Shown: one piece after another, positions 27,467 to 37,922 of the stretch
Numbering within the stretch: position 1 is the first letter of the stretch
Layout: each line of letters opens with the position of its first letter
Virus record (IMG/VR): IMGVR_UViG_3300048818_000054
Span: 20,451 to 84,450 of that record
DNA from: a virus
DNA length: 64,000 nucleotides
Direction: 5' to 3' (one strand)
Program-made: the position numbers and the translations under genes
Notes under the pieces: generated by a model
Databases searched by the model: none
Told to the model about the DNA's origin: nothing
Seen by the model: the letters and a program-made list of their open reading frames with translations, nothing else

Positions 27467-28719
27467 GACGGGTCAGAACTCCGAACCTCTATCAGCTTGA
27501 CGCTGTTCGCTCCGCCGACGCCGTAATCCTCAATGGTGGTCGCGAGCGTGTCCGTGTCGAAGCGCACCGGGACGTAAAACCAGAAACCGGCCGTAATCAC
27601 CACGTCATTGAGCGGGGCCGCGCCGATGGCGATATTGATACCCACAACGGCGCTCTCGATCGGGTTGCCGTAGCCGGCCGGATACTGGATCACGCAAGAG
27701 CTTCCGTCGCCGGCCACGCTCTCCAAGATGCACGGGACGGGCGGCGTCGGCGGGTCATTGATGGCGACATTGTTCAGCGGGTTTGCCCATCCTAGCACCG
27801 AGCATGGGCGGCCAGTGAAGGTGGCAAGCGGGCTGAAGTCGCCGGCTAAGCCGGTGATAGTGGCGTTGGACGATCCCTCACTGACGCCATTCAGGGCATC
27901 CTTGGCGCAGCCGTGGCCCGAGATATCGACGGACGCGGGCGGCGTGAAGGTGACTATGCCCGTCTCTTCGTCCACCGTCCAATAGACGTAGGGGACGCCG
28001 TTCAAAGCAATGATGGTCGTGCCGGGTTGAGGGCGCGTGATCGGGCGCACGTTCGATGACGAATTGGTCGCGTACACCTTGATAAGCTGGAAATCGACAA
28101 GCACGCCGTTTCCCACTCCAATGGTCTGATCCATGTTCGTGATCGGCGCAGCGGAACGCGCCTCGAAGGCTAGCGCGTAGCTGGACGTGTAGTCCACATT
28201 ATCCTGATAATTGAAGCCGTAAAGCCGGCCCTTCATGGCGCGGAAAAACGCGATCAAGCCGGTAAGGTCTTCCATGGTCCTGACGCCGTACGCCACGTCA
28301 TATTCCTGAAGCGGCTGGTCCCATCGGCCGACGCGCTGGTCATCGCCCGAGTCAACGATAATTACGTCGGTCGCGAAACGGACGCTGGCGACGGAATTGT
28401 AGCTTATATCTTTGGGGAAAACGTCTGTGAAAATCACTTGCGTAAATCCATAGAGAGGGGTGTGAGTGCAGAGCACGCGAAGCTCTACACGGCTGATGTA
28501 CAGGTGCGACGGCGGCGGCTTCGACAGGACCATAAGCGTCGCCTGCGTGGCCCTGACGCTCGGCGTGGCCGAGTAACCCAATACCCGCAATTCCTCACGC
28601 GTGACGCGCAAGTTCGGCGGGGCGACCTTCCCAAGTACCGAAAGGCTTTGCGTAGTCGAACGAAGGCTCATGGGATCAAGAACCCGATGTAGGCGGCTTG
28701 AACGTTGCCCGTGGTCCAA
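27463..28719 (-). CDS. distal tail protein (DUF2460/TIGR02217-like) with N-terminal extension
   Basis: FP.DISY...F.T..., FF.AMKGRL.GF, GF.FYVPVRFDTD. Confidence 0.85.
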   Translation of the reverse strand: MDHGQRSSRLHRVLDPMSLRSTTQSLSVLGKVAPPNLRVTREELRVLGYSATPSVRATQATLMVLSKPPPSHLYISRVELRVLCTHTPLYGFTQVIFTDVFPKDISYNSVASVRFATDVIIVDSGDDQRVGRWDQPLQEYDVAYGVRTMEDLTGLIAFFRAMKGRLYGFNYQDNVDYTSSYALAFEARSAAPITNMDQTIGVGNGVLVDFQLIKVYATNSSSNVRPITRPQPGTTIIALNGVPYVYWTVDEETGIVTFTPPASVDISGHGCAKDALNGVSEGSSNATITGLAGDFSPLATFTGRPCSVLGWANPLNNVAINDPPTPPVPCILESVAGDGSSCVIQYPAGYGNPIESAVVGINIAIGAAPLNDVVITAGFWFYVPVRFDTDTLATTIEDYGVGGANSVKLIEVRSSDPS

Positions 28720-30131
28720 GCTCCCCCAGCGGGCGGCGACGTAATCAGGAATTGCGAAGTCTGATAACTGGTCGAAACGCCGACCACGGGGCCGTCAGCC
28801 TCGGTCGCACTTGCCACGAAGCAAGGCTGATACGAGGCGACGCCGGCCGCATCTTTGCGCGCGCGGACGCAAACCGCCACGGCCAGAATATCGATAATGT
28901 CGGCCGGCAAGGTGCTGACCGTGTAAAGCTCCTTGTGGCCCGCCGCGCCGGTAACAAGAGCGGCAGAGCCGAACGCGCCGGCCGCCGTGCCAGACGCCGT
29001 GTAGACTGAGGGGTAGGAGTTGCCCACCGTGCCCGGCAAGAGCGCCGTGAAGACGCCAGTGGTGGCGAAGGCGACGGCCGAGACTTCGGTGTTGGCGGTC
29101 ATGAGAGCAGCGTATAGCGAGCCAGCACCGGACCCTAGATTGACGGCGTTGCACAGATTGACCATCGAAGCCGTGAAGCTCGTGCCAAGCGTCACGTCGC
29201 CATCGGTGTTCGTGTAACTCGTTTTGAACGTGTAGGTTTTCGAACCGATTTGAACGGTGTCTCCGTTCAAGAAATTGTTCGTGCTCGTTTCGGTGAAGGT
29301 GACGACGGCATAGGCCGAGCCCGTATCGTCCGCGAGATATGACGTGTCGTCATCGGGCGTCTGCTCATTGACCGACGTGAAGTGGCCCGAGCTTCCGCCA
29401 ACTTGCGTGACGAATTGGTTCGGGCTTTCGTCCGACGCCGGGAAAATCGAATGGACAACCACGTCGCCAAGGAACGTGTTGAAGGCCGCCCCGGTCTGAT
29501 CGCAAAGGTAGAAATCGTCATAGTAAGCGCCGACGCATCCCGAAAGGTTCGGACCCTCAGAGACCGAAATGTTGGACGAAAAGTTGCCCAACTTGATCTG
29601 ATTGCAGGAATTCGGCGCGCCAGACTTGCCGATCTTGATGCCGCTTAGGGTGATGACGGTTGAACCGTCCACCTTGACCTGAAGCGAGCCGGACGTAGCC
29701 GAGGGCGAATAGAGAATTTCGAGGTACTGCCACGTTCCGGGGAACAGCACGTTCGGCGGCGACGCGCCGACAAGATCGCCGTCGCCAGACGTGATGCTAA
29801 CGCCAGCCTCTCCGTCAGCATAAAGAACAAGCTGCGGCGTGATGAAGCCGAGCAGATTGTTGTACATGACCTCGGCAATGATGCCTGTCGTGCCCTGAAG
29901 GTTGACGGCAAAGCCGGCCACGATCGATGGTGACGTGGTGAACGAAACGATAAGCTCCGATCCTTCGTTGATATTCAGTGAATAGCCAACGCTGGTCCGC
30001 GTGTTCGAACTGGTCTTCATGTTGCCAGAGCCTTGGGCGATGTAGCCCGAGGTAGACAAAATGCCGTTCGTTTCAACGTCGGTATTGTTCACCCCGTAGG
30101 CGTCGAAACCGTCGATCAAAAGAAGTGCCAC
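28668..30131 (-). CDS. virion tail structural protein (ConA/LamG-like N-terminus)
   Basis: MALLLIDGFD start, WQYLE...VKVDG, YDDFY; follows the tape measure gene. Confidence 0.7.
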   Translation of the reverse strand: MALLLIDGFDAYGVNNTDVETNGILSTSGYIAQGSGNMKTSSNTRTSVGYSLNINEGSELIVSFTTSPSIVAGFAVNLQGTTGIIAEVMYNNLLGFITPQLVLYADGEAGVSITSGDGDLVGASPPNVLFPGTWQYLEILYSPSATSGSLQVKVDGSTVITLSGIKIGKSGAPNSCNQIKLGNFSSNISVSEGPNLSGCVGAYYDDFYLCDQTGAAFNTFLGDVVVHSIFPASDESPNQFVTQVGGSSGHFTSVNEQTPDDDTSYLADDTGSAYAVVTFTETSTNNFLNGDTVQIGSKTYTFKTSYTNTDGDVTLGTSFTASMVNLCNAVNLGSGAGSLYAALMTANTEVSAVAFATTGVFTALLPGTVGNSYPSVYTASGTAAGAFGSAALVTGAAGHKELYTVSTLPADIIDILAVAVCVRARKDAAGVASYQPCFVASATEADGPVVGVSTSYQTSQFLITSPPAGGAWTTGNVQAAYIGFLIP

Positions 30132-30141
30132 TGTCGTTTCC

Positions 30142-33100
30142 TCAGTTGTGCTTCGCGCCGGCCCGCGCCATCGAGGCGTGAGTCTGGGCGAGGATTTGGG
30201 AATGTGAAGACCGGAAGCTGTCTGCGTCGCGGGTCATAACGGTCATATTGACGCGCGTGTCGCCACGGCGCGTATCTTGGCGCTCGGTACCGGCCGGCGT
30301 GGAACGGTTCTGAACGGCGTCGGCAAGGCGGTTCATGGCGGCGCTGTTGCGCGCGTCCTGATTGGCCGTGAGGACACGCTCGCCCCGCTGAAGCACGGCG
30401 GGGAATTCATCGTCTCCCATGCCATCATGGAAGCGAGGCGCGCCGATGAAGGCCAACGGGGAAATGTTGCGGGTGAAGGAACGATCGCGGCCGACTATGC
30501 CGCCCGAGTGCATTCCGCCGATGCCGCCCATGAGCATCTTGATAAGGCTCATGCCGCCGCCGAGCATTTCCGACGTGCCAGCGCCCATTTGGCCGGCCGG
30601 GGCGACTCCGGGGCCAAGCGCGGCAGTCTGTGAAAACAGCCCGGCGAACGGGCTCGCGCCGGTCCCCAAGCCACCAGTAGACGCGTCGAGACCCCCGCCG
30701 CCAAAGACCGGAATATTCGGCGCGGTTAGAGGGACGCCGGCTTGACTGTGCAAGTTCACGTCCACCGGGGCCTTGTTCATATTCTGGCTATCGAAGCCGC
30801 CCTGACCAAACACGAAGGCGTCGCGCCCAGCCGCGCCCATGGGTTGAGGACCACCGCCGCCAACGCCGAAGCCGATGTTACCACCGCTGAAGCCGCTGCC
30901 CTCAAACGAGATACCGGAGGACGGCCCACGCAAGTTGCCTAGACCGAAATTCGGGTCGCTGGGACTTCCTGTAGCGGGGCCGATGTTGATGCCAGTGGAC
31001 GGGCCGCGCAAGTTGCCGATGCCAAAATTCGGGTCGCTGAGACTGCCCTTGGCAGCCCCAATGTTGATGCCAGTGGACGGGCCACCACCGGGAAGGTTGA
31101 GACCGTATGGCGAGACAGGCTGATCGTTCCCGGCCACGCCAAAATATTCTGTGTTTTGGCCCCTGCCTGACACCTGACCAGCCGCGCGAGCGCGCGCTTG
31201 AAAAGCATCGCCGCCCCAACCATCGCCGCGACCGTTCGCGCCCGAGTAGAGCGGATTGAGATAGGAAGTGCCGCCGTGCGTCGGGTCTGATCCAGAAAGC
31301 GACGCTCGCGCTTCGGCAAGTTGCGCTTCCGTAGGCATAGGACGATCGGCAAGAGACGTGCCCGTACCGTGCGGGCCATTGATGCTTGAGAACTGAATTT
31401 TGGCGCTTAGCTGGCTTTCTATCGTCGAGCCATAACCGCGATAATTCGATTGGGCGCGGTTCATCGCCGTCCAGTTGGTCATGGACATTTGGTTCGCACG
31501 GTCACCACCTTTAGTGACCTCCCCCGCGTTCATTTTCGCAAGGTTAACAATGTCATCTTGGCTCACGTCGCGACCAACGTTGGCGGGCGGACGAAGGCCA
31601 GTAGGGTTGTTTGCGTCAGGATGGGTAGCAGCCGCGACGGCCGAGGTCGCCGCCGATACTGCTCCGGGTGGCACAGTATTTGCGTTCGGCGCGCCGCCTA
31701 GTCCGGATAGAGCAGCGGCAGCGTGCGGGCCTAGCACCGAACCCATAGGAGCGGCGGCAGAGCCAGAGCCACCGCTTACAGCGCCCAGAGCCGTGCGTGC
31801 GGCCCCTGCGGCTGCGCCTGCGGCGGCGAGTTCAGGCGGAGCGCCAGCGACCGGGGCTGATATGGCGGCCGTGGCCGGCGACACGGCTCCGGGCTGAACT
31901 GTGTTCGGATTTGACGTGGCCGGCGAGCCAACGCCGTCCGTAACCCCCGGCACCGATCCGGCAGCGGAAGGTGTGACGCCGCCAGCGGGAGCCGCGCCGG
32001 CCGCGCCGGCAGGGGCAGCGCCACCCGAGCCGCCCGTGACATAGACGTTCGTGGCGTTGACGGACATTTGCTGATAGCTCTTCAGCGCGTCGCCGGTCTG
32101 ACCCGACGCCTTGTTCGCCGCGTCCAGAGCAGCATTGGCCGACTTCACCTTATCTGCCGCGCCGCCGAGCGTGCCGAGACCGGAAATCTGATCGAGACCG
32201 GTCGCCTGCATCCCGCCCTTCATGAGCATATCGACGCCGCCCTTGACCATGCTCTCGCCAATGGACTTGCCCATGGCGGCGAAGGGGTAGCGCTGGCCGT
32301 TCAAGGCCCCGATGATACCCGAGGAAAGGCCGCTCGACACGCTGGACGCAAGGTTCTGCTCCATCTTGCCGATCTGGTCATTCATCGTGCCGATGCTATT
32401 CGCCCAACCGGCAAAGCCCGTCGTCTGCGCTTTGTTGGCGTCTGAAAGCGCGCGGTTCACGTCCTGAAGAGCGGCCTTCTGGGCCTCCGTGACTTGTACG
32501 CCCTTCTCTTCGAGAGCCTGAATTTGCTTAAGGGTTTCAACGTCTTCCTTGCGATAGTCGCCGCCGATCTTCAACTGAGCGACAAGCTGGTCATTCAGCG
32601 TGACGATATGGCCCATCGGGTCGCGCGCGGCTTCGGTGTCCTTCGTAAGCTGCGCCATGCCGGCCGTGTCGCCAATGGACGATAGAGCCTTCATCTTGTC
32701 GTTATAGTCGGAAATCGCCTTGCCCTGAGAATGCGTCTCTCCAACGGCAGCCATCACGTCTTTAAGCTCGTACGCGACCTTCAATTCGGCCGTGAGGTTG
32801 TCCACTTCGCTCTTGGTCCAACCGGCGTTTTTCTCCTTGAAGTCGGAAATGGTCTTCTCAACCGACGCGCTCTCTTTCTGAGCCGCCGTGATGGCGCTGG
32901 TCGCCGCGATCTCCTGTTGAAGGGAGCGCATTTGGTCGGCGTAAGCCTTCGCCGTGTCGGCCGCAGCTTTGGCGTTCATGCCCGCGCTGATGGCCTGATG
33001 CTCGGCGTCGTCTTGCGTGCCGGCGTGAAGCTCCCCGCCCTGCTCCATGTCGCGGAGCTTGGTCTTGATCTCAAGCTGGGTTTGCTGCTCTTTCGTGATG

Positions 33101-35055
33101 GCTTTCGCTTTGTCGATCTGATCGTTCAAGGTCTGCATTTCGACCTGAACAGGCGTCATCTTCTTCTTGGCGAGAATTTGATCGGCTTCGTCCAACTGGA
33201 CCTTATTGTCCTGTTGCTGATTGAGGGTCATTTGGCCGCGTGCAGTCGCGATCTTTTCCTCAAGGTCTTTCACTTCCTCAAGCTTCTTCACCCAAGGAAC
33301 GAACGAAGCGATGGTGGTCTCGATATCTTGCTGGCCCATGCCGCCGCCCGAGCCGCTTTCGGCGGCTTTGTGGGCGTCCTGAAGGCTGGCCGACGCTTGA
33401 TGGTCGGCATAATTCGAACCGCCGCGCGCGCGCTGCCGCTGCGTTTCGGATGAAGACTGGTTCTCCATGCCGTCCCAAGCGGTGTTGTGCGGGCGGAACT
33501 TGCCGGCCTCGTACTCTCCCTGCTTGCGCTTTTGCAGGGCGTCCGTGTTCCCGACAACAGCGTCCCAATCGTCTTGAAGGCCCCACCCCTGCTTGCGGCG
33601 GTCGCCAGCGTCATTGATCGCCCCGCCGACCACGCGGCCTGCTTCATAGGCCCCAAGAGCGGCCACCGCGAGGAACAGCGCACTGGTCAATCTCGACACG
33701 CCCCGAGCCATAATGCCAAGGCCCGCGCCTTCAGCCGCCCCGAGAGAACCGAGGCCGGTTATAGCGGTGCGGAACAGGCCAACAGCTTTCACGACACCCA
33801 GAATACCGGGGGCGAACAGCGCAAAGTCAATTAGGATTTTCCCGGCCGGGCCGAGGTCTTTGAGCGTCTCAGCGGTTGTATGAATGACGCCGGCCAGCGC
33901 TTGGAAAGCGACCGTCAAAATCGGGATAGCGTCAGCACCTATCTCCGTCTTGAACTCGGTCCAAGCCGTTGACATTTCGTTCAAAGCTCGGTCGAACTCC
34001 GACTTCATGTCGTGAGACATTTTGTCGGCCGCGCCGTCCGAATGGTCCGAAACCGTCAGTTGCTTATCGAGGTCTTTGATGCGCGACGCGAGCGCCTCGA
34101 TCGTACGGACCTCGCGCGCGGCGCTGATCCCCAAGTTCTTGAGGAAGGTGGTATCGTCGCCGCCCGAGTTCTTGATGGCGTTGACGGCCTCCAAGACCTT
34201 CTCGAACGCCTCTTCCGGATGCTGCTCGACAAGCTTCTTGGCTTCGTCGGTCGTCATACGCATGTGCTCGGCAAGAGAGCGCAGCCCCGCGCCGCCCTGC
34301 TCGGCCTTCTGGTGCATCTGCGTGAGGACCATGCTGAACTGCATGGCGGTACGCATCGGGTTGCCGCCTAGGTTGTCGAACTCGCGAGCGAAGGCGGCAA
34401 GGTGTTCGGCGCTGATGCCCATGCCTTGCGTTAGGCCGGCGAGGCGGCCGGTCATTTCGGTGATGCCCTCTATCCCAGAGCGCGCGCCTTTCGAGAGGCC
34501 GGCGAGCGCGTCGGCAAAATGGCCCACGTCATCAACGCCTTGGTCGGTAGCGAGTAGGATTTTGGCGACGCCGTTGGCGACCTGTTCAAGGTTGCCATCG
34601 TCAGTGATCTTGGACAAGGCGACCGAGAATTTCACTATATCCTCGCCGTGCGCGCCCATCTTCGAGGCGGCGACGGCAAGCTTGTCCATCTGTTGAACGG
34701 TGGCGTCGCCATTCTTCATGGAAATGTTCGCAAGCTCTTCGTGCAGAGCCATCACGCTTTCGCGCGACATGTCGGCGTTTCGGCCGATCTCGCGAACGGC
34801 GCGGTCCATTTCCTGATAAGCGTCTACTGCGCCACGGATCATTTCGTTGGACGCGTACATGGCGATCAAGGACTCGGCCGCGCCCTTGGCAGCCTCCATG
34901 ACGCCCTTGATGCTATCGGCGGCCTCCTTGTGAGCGGCGGCCATGCCACGGGCTTGGTTGCCCGCCCCCTGAAGCGCAGCCGCGTGCGCCTGCAAGATAG
35001 ACGACGCCTCGTCTCGCATTCGCAAGATGAAATTAAGCTCGTTGCTGTCGCTCAT
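30142..35055 (-). CDS. tail tape measure protein with SleB-like cell-wall hydrolase domain
   Basis: 1637 aa, helical Ala-rich; C-terminal HSGGIVG...APRFH..DEFPAVLQRGERVL; internal LAKMNAGE...NR...QFS...DPTHGG.SYLNP. Confidence 0.93.
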   Translation of the reverse strand: MSDSNELNFILRMRDEASSILQAHAAALQGAGNQARGMAAAHKEAADSIKGVMEAAKGAAESLIAMYASNEMIRGAVDAYQEMDRAVREIGRNADMSRESVMALHEELANISMKNGDATVQQMDKLAVAASKMGAHGEDIVKFSVALSKITDDGNLEQVANGVAKILLATDQGVDDVGHFADALAGLSKGARSGIEGITEMTGRLAGLTQGMGISAEHLAAFAREFDNLGGNPMRTAMQFSMVLTQMHQKAEQGGAGLRSLAEHMRMTTDEAKKLVEQHPEEAFEKVLEAVNAIKNSGGDDTTFLKNLGISAAREVRTIEALASRIKDLDKQLTVSDHSDGAADKMSHDMKSEFDRALNEMSTAWTEFKTEIGADAIPILTVAFQALAGVIHTTAETLKDLGPAGKILIDFALFAPGILGVVKAVGLFRTAITGLGSLGAAEGAGLGIMARGVSRLTSALFLAVAALGAYEAGRVVGGAINDAGDRRKQGWGLQDDWDAVVGNTDALQKRKQGEYEAGKFRPHNTAWDGMENQSSSETQRQRARGGSNYADHQASASLQDAHKAAESGSGGGMGQQDIETTIASFVPWVKKLEEVKDLEEKIATARGQMTLNQQQDNKVQLDEADQILAKKKMTPVQVEMQTLNDQIDKAKAITKEQQTQLEIKTKLRDMEQGGELHAGTQDDAEHQAISAGMNAKAAADTAKAYADQMRSLQQEIAATSAITAAQKESASVEKTISDFKEKNAGWTKSEVDNLTAELKVAYELKDVMAAVGETHSQGKAISDYNDKMKALSSIGDTAGMAQLTKDTEAARDPMGHIVTLNDQLVAQLKIGGDYRKEDVETLKQIQALEEKGVQVTEAQKAALQDVNRALSDANKAQTTGFAGWANSIGTMNDQIGKMEQNLASSVSSGLSSGIIGALNGQRYPFAAMGKSIGESMVKGGVDMLMKGGMQATGLDQISGLGTLGGAADKVKSANAALDAANKASGQTGDALKSYQQMSVNATNVYVTGGSGGAAPAGAAGAAPAGGVTPSAAGSVPGVTDGVGSPATSNPNTVQPGAVSPATAAISAPVAGAPPELAAAGAAAGAARTALGAVSGGSGSAAAPMGSVLGPHAAAALSGLGGAPNANTVPPGAVSAATSAVAAATHPDANNPTGLRPPANVGRDVSQDDIVNLAKMNAGEVTKGGDRANQMSMTNWTAMNRAQSNYRGYGSTIESQLSAKIQFSSINGPHGTGTSLADRPMPTEAQLAEARASLSGSDPTHGGTSYLNPLYSGANGRGDGWGGDAFQARARAAGQVSGRGQNTEYFGVAGNDQPVSPYGLNLPGGGPSTGINIGAAKGSLSDPNFGIGNLRGPSTGINIGPATGSPSDPNFGLGNLRGPSSGISFEGSGFSGGNIGFGVGGGGPQPMGAAGRDAFVFGQGGFDSQNMNKAPVDVNLHSQAGVPLTAPNIPVFGGGGLDASTGGLGTGASPFAGLFSQTAALGPGVAPAGQMGAGTSEMLGGGMSLIKMLMGGIGGMHSGGIVGRDRSFTRNISPLAFIGAPRFHDGMGDDEFPAVLQRGERVLTANQDARNSAAMNRLADAVQNRSTPAGTERQDTRRGDTRVNMTVMTRDADSFRSSHSQILAQTHASMARAGAKHN

Positions 35056-35471
35056 AGCCTTGGGCGTGCCTTCGGTATCGCGGCCTCGGCCGCAGCCTTT
35101 CGTTTTGCGTCCTCATTCCCGGCGTTATCACATTCCGCGTTCACCGCGTCTATGATCCGAAAAAGCTCGGCCGCCTTGTTCGACTGATCCATCACCGAGC
35201 CGATTTGCGGAAGGTGACCCGATTTATAGAACCCGTAATACAAGAACATCTGATGCCATTGCATCGGACGTGCCTTGAGGTCTTGGCGAGGGCACGCATA
35301 AGTGTCCTCTCCATCGATCTTGACCGGAAGGAAGGCTGGATTTACCCAGCCAACCCATCCGCCTTTTCCGTCCGGCCTAGCGCCATCGTCACCCTTTTTG
35401 AGAGGGTAGCTGTAGGCGGTGCAGCCCCATTCCTTTTGGCGCGTGCAGCCGTTGCATTGCCGTTCCGGCAT
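35052..35471 (-). CDS. tail assembly chaperone, frameshift-extension (GT-like) ORF
   Basis: Directly upstream of the tape measure gene; in the -1 frame of the upstream slippery site. Confidence 0.7.
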   Translation of the reverse strand: MPERQCNGCTRQKEWGCTAYSYPLKKGDDGARPDGKGGWVGWVNPAFLPVKIDGEDTYACPRQDLKARPMQWHQMFLYYGFYKSGHLPQIGSVMDQSNKAAELFRIIDAVNAECDNAGNEDAKRKAAAEAAIPKARPRL

Positions 35472-35986
35472 TAAGCGGATGGCGGCGATGCCTCGACGGA
35501 TTTTTTTTCTTCAGCGGCGGTGACCTCGCTGATGTTTTTGATTTGCTGGGCAAGCTCCTGAATGAGGCGCACGCCCATCGTGTTCATGATCGCATCGGCC
35601 ACCACGTCATAAGGCCGGCCGTTGACGACGGCGCGCTGAGTGGAGAACGAAAGAGCGTTGCCCTTGGCGTCGGCAAAGTTCGTGAAGCCGATCAAGCCAT
35701 GGCGAACGGCTTCGATGTTCGTCTGATTGACCTTGGTATGAATTCCATATTCGGTCGATCCCTCTTTGCCCGAAAGCGTTGAGGCGTTATCGTAAATCAG
35801 GCCCATCAAGAACACGTCAAGGCCGCGCAGCTTGAAGCTGGTCGCGCCTTCTTTGATCTCCACATGCTCTGTGAAGCCCTTCGTGCTGTCGGCCGGATCG
35901 TTGGGGGTTTTCGTCTTGACCTTGGACGGGTCCATATCGGAAACATAGTCCAAGCTGTCGGCGGTTGTCATCGCAATTAGGGCCAC
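35471..35986 (-). CDS. tail assembly chaperone (G-like)
   Basis: Lies between tail tube and tape measure; ends with GAA AAA AAA slippery run. Confidence 0.75.
   Translation of the reverse strand: MALIAMTTADSLDYVSDMDPSKVKTKTPNDPADSTKGFTEHVEIKEGATSFKLRGLDVFLMGLIYDNASTLSGKEGSTEYGIHTKVNQTNIEAVRHGLIGFTNFADAKGNALSFSTQRAVVNGRPYDVVADAIMNTMGVRLIQELAQQIKNISEVTAAEEKKSVEASPPSA
35501..35507 (-). other. programmed -1 frameshift heptamer A AAA AAA
   Basis: The -1 frame reads IRRGIAAIRL with no stop into the ATG at 35471. Confidence 0.75.
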
Positions 35987-36037
35987 GGCTGCCTCCTTGG
36001 CTGTATGGCGTTATCGATCCCGGACGCTCGCACTTTG

Positions 36038-36051
36038 TGCAACTAGTTGCA
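36038..36051. repeat. palindrome TGCAACTAGTTGCA, copy 5
   Basis: Upstream of the tail chaperone. Confidence 0.9.
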
Positions 36052-36052
36052 A

Positions 36053-36271
36053 TCAGTGTGGCCCATCCATAGGACCAACCTTATCGGCATGGGGACCGTT
36101 TATAAGGTGCGTCTTATCGGCAAGGACCATGGTGACCTTGGCCGGCGCGTAGCGCACGGCAAGCGCTTGGGCGGCTTCGAAGGTGAGCTTGACCGCCAGC
36201 ACGTCGCCATAGAGGTTGCCCTCGCGATCGGCTTTCTGGACAACGTAAACGCGGGCGACGAATTTCGACAT
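36053..36271 (-). CDS. small hypothetical protein
   Basis: 72-aa ORF between tail tube and chaperone. Confidence 0.55.
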   Translation of the reverse strand: MSKFVARVYVVQKADREGNLYGDVLAVKLTFEAAQALAVRYAPAKVTMVLADKTHLINGPHADKVGPMDGPH

Positions 36272-36299
36272 GACGTTGGCGGGGCCGAAGCCCCGCTCC

Positions 36300-37922
36300 T
36301 TACATCATGAAGATGAAAAATTCGTCGTTACCCAGCGAGCGCGCGAAGCGCATTCCAGCCTGATAGGCCAAGATGCCCGAGCGGTCCTGATACGTGAGGC
36401 CCGAGTACTGGGTGTTCGGCGCGAGCATCCAAATCGTGTTGCCAGCGGACGTGCCGCAACGCATCTGGAAAGGCATTTCCTCGGCGGCGGCGAAGTGTCC
36501 CCAGAAATCTTGGTTCGCAACGGCGTCGGCTTCGGGGTCGATCCCACCTTCGGGCTTGCGCGACGTGATACGCACGCCGTTATAGCCATCGGACGAAGAC
36601 ACGTCGGGACGAATGACGATATCGTTCATCTGGTTGAAGGTGAACTTCTCCACGATCGCGTTGAACTGGTTGATCCACAAGCGGGCCAACTGGACCTGAG
36701 AGGGCAGTTCGGTCTCGAATACCGGCGTCGGATTGGGATCGTCAACCGCCGCGTCATAGGTGCCCGTGAAGGTCCACTTGATGGTGGCGAAGTTGCCGGC
36801 CGCAGCCGTAATGTCGAACGTGCCGTAAGAGCCCGGCATTTCGTGCAAAACGTTGTCCTTGTGCATGTAGAGCGAAATGGACTGGAAATTCTGCGAAACC
36901 GGCGTGAGCAGCAAGCCGGCCGGCAGCAACCAAACCACCCATTGCATGGTGGTCACAAGGTTGCCGGTCCAAGTCGGCGTGATGGTCAGACCCTTCGTGC
37001 CCATGGCAAAGGGGCTGCCCGAGGTCACGACCGCAGCCGCGTCTCCTTCGCCAAGCACGTCCGAGGTCACGGTGATCTCGGCCACCCCGGAAGCGCCGGG
37101 GGTAGTGACCGAGAGATAGTAGCAAATGAGGTCGGTATTGGTCGCCTCATTGAGGCCGCCAACCAGAGTGGCATGGGCGAACACGCCAGCCGCCGTACCG
37201 CTGGCAGTATAGACCGAAACAAGCGAGTTGCCGTCCGTGCCGGGCTGAAGCGCCGTGAAGGTGATAGTGGTCGCAAACACGGCTGAGACTTCCGTGTTCG
37301 TTACCGTGGGCGCTCCGTAACCGGTGCCGCGCGCCGAAGCGCCCGTGCCGGTGCCCATGATGGCGGCGACCAAGTTGGCGACGGACAGCGCGAAGCTGGC
37401 TCCGAGAACCACAAGGTTTGCCGTGCTCGCATAGGACGTGGCGAAGGTGTAGGTCTGTCCGCCAATGTCGATCGTGTCCCCGACCAAGAAATTGTTGGTC
37501 GAAGTTTCGGTGAAGACGACGGCGGCTTTGACCTGAGTGGCGTCTACCCAAGAGACGGGAACGTTCTGGTTGCCGACGATAAAGGGACCGAGCGTGCTCG
37601 GCATGTCGCTGCCCGAGAGCGCGTAACCGCACGCCTGAAACAGGCGGCAGATGACGGGCGCATTGGCGAGCAGACCCGAGTTCTGAGCCCCGTTGCCGCG
37701 CAATTCCGTCTCGAAGGTCATCGAGGCGATCTTGCGGCCGATAATCACCGGCATGGGCGAGAGGTCGTTTCGAACGAAGTTTCGCTCAAGCACGTTCGGC
37801 TTGATGGCGAACTGCGGGTTGCTGACAAGGAAGCCATCGTTCACGCCGACCGCGACCGGCGTATTGTAGGTGACTTCAAGGGCTCCCTGAAGCACCGCGA
37901 GGCGAGTAAGAAGGACGGTCAT
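36300..37922 (-). CDS. major tail tube protein with inserted accessory module
   Basis: LLTRLAVL...E.TY, FETELRG, F.FTG.Y, SDG..GVRIT.R.P.G.IDPE. Confidence 0.8.
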   Translation of the reverse strand: MTVLLTRLAVLQGALEVTYNTPVAVGVNDGFLVSNPQFAIKPNVLERNFVRNDLSPMPVIIGRKIASMTFETELRGNGAQNSGLLANAPVICRLFQACGYALSGSDMPSTLGPFIVGNQNVPVSWVDATQVKAAVVFTETSTNNFLVGDTIDIGGQTYTFATSYASTANLVVLGASFALSVANLVAAIMGTGTGASARGTGYGAPTVTNTEVSAVFATTITFTALQPGTDGNSLVSVYTASGTAAGVFAHATLVGGLNEATNTDLICYYLSVTTPGASGVAEITVTSDVLGEGDAAAVVTSGSPFAMGTKGLTITPTWTGNLVTTMQWVVWLLPAGLLLTPVSQNFQSISLYMHKDNVLHEMPGSYGTFDITAAAGNFATIKWTFTGTYDAAVDDPNPTPVFETELPSQVQLARLWINQFNAIVEKFTFNQMNDIVIRPDVSSSDGYNGVRITSRKPEGGIDPEADAVANQDFWGHFAAAEEMPFQMRCGTSAGNTIWMLAPNTQYSGLTYQDRSGILAYQAGMRFARSLGNDEFFIFMM

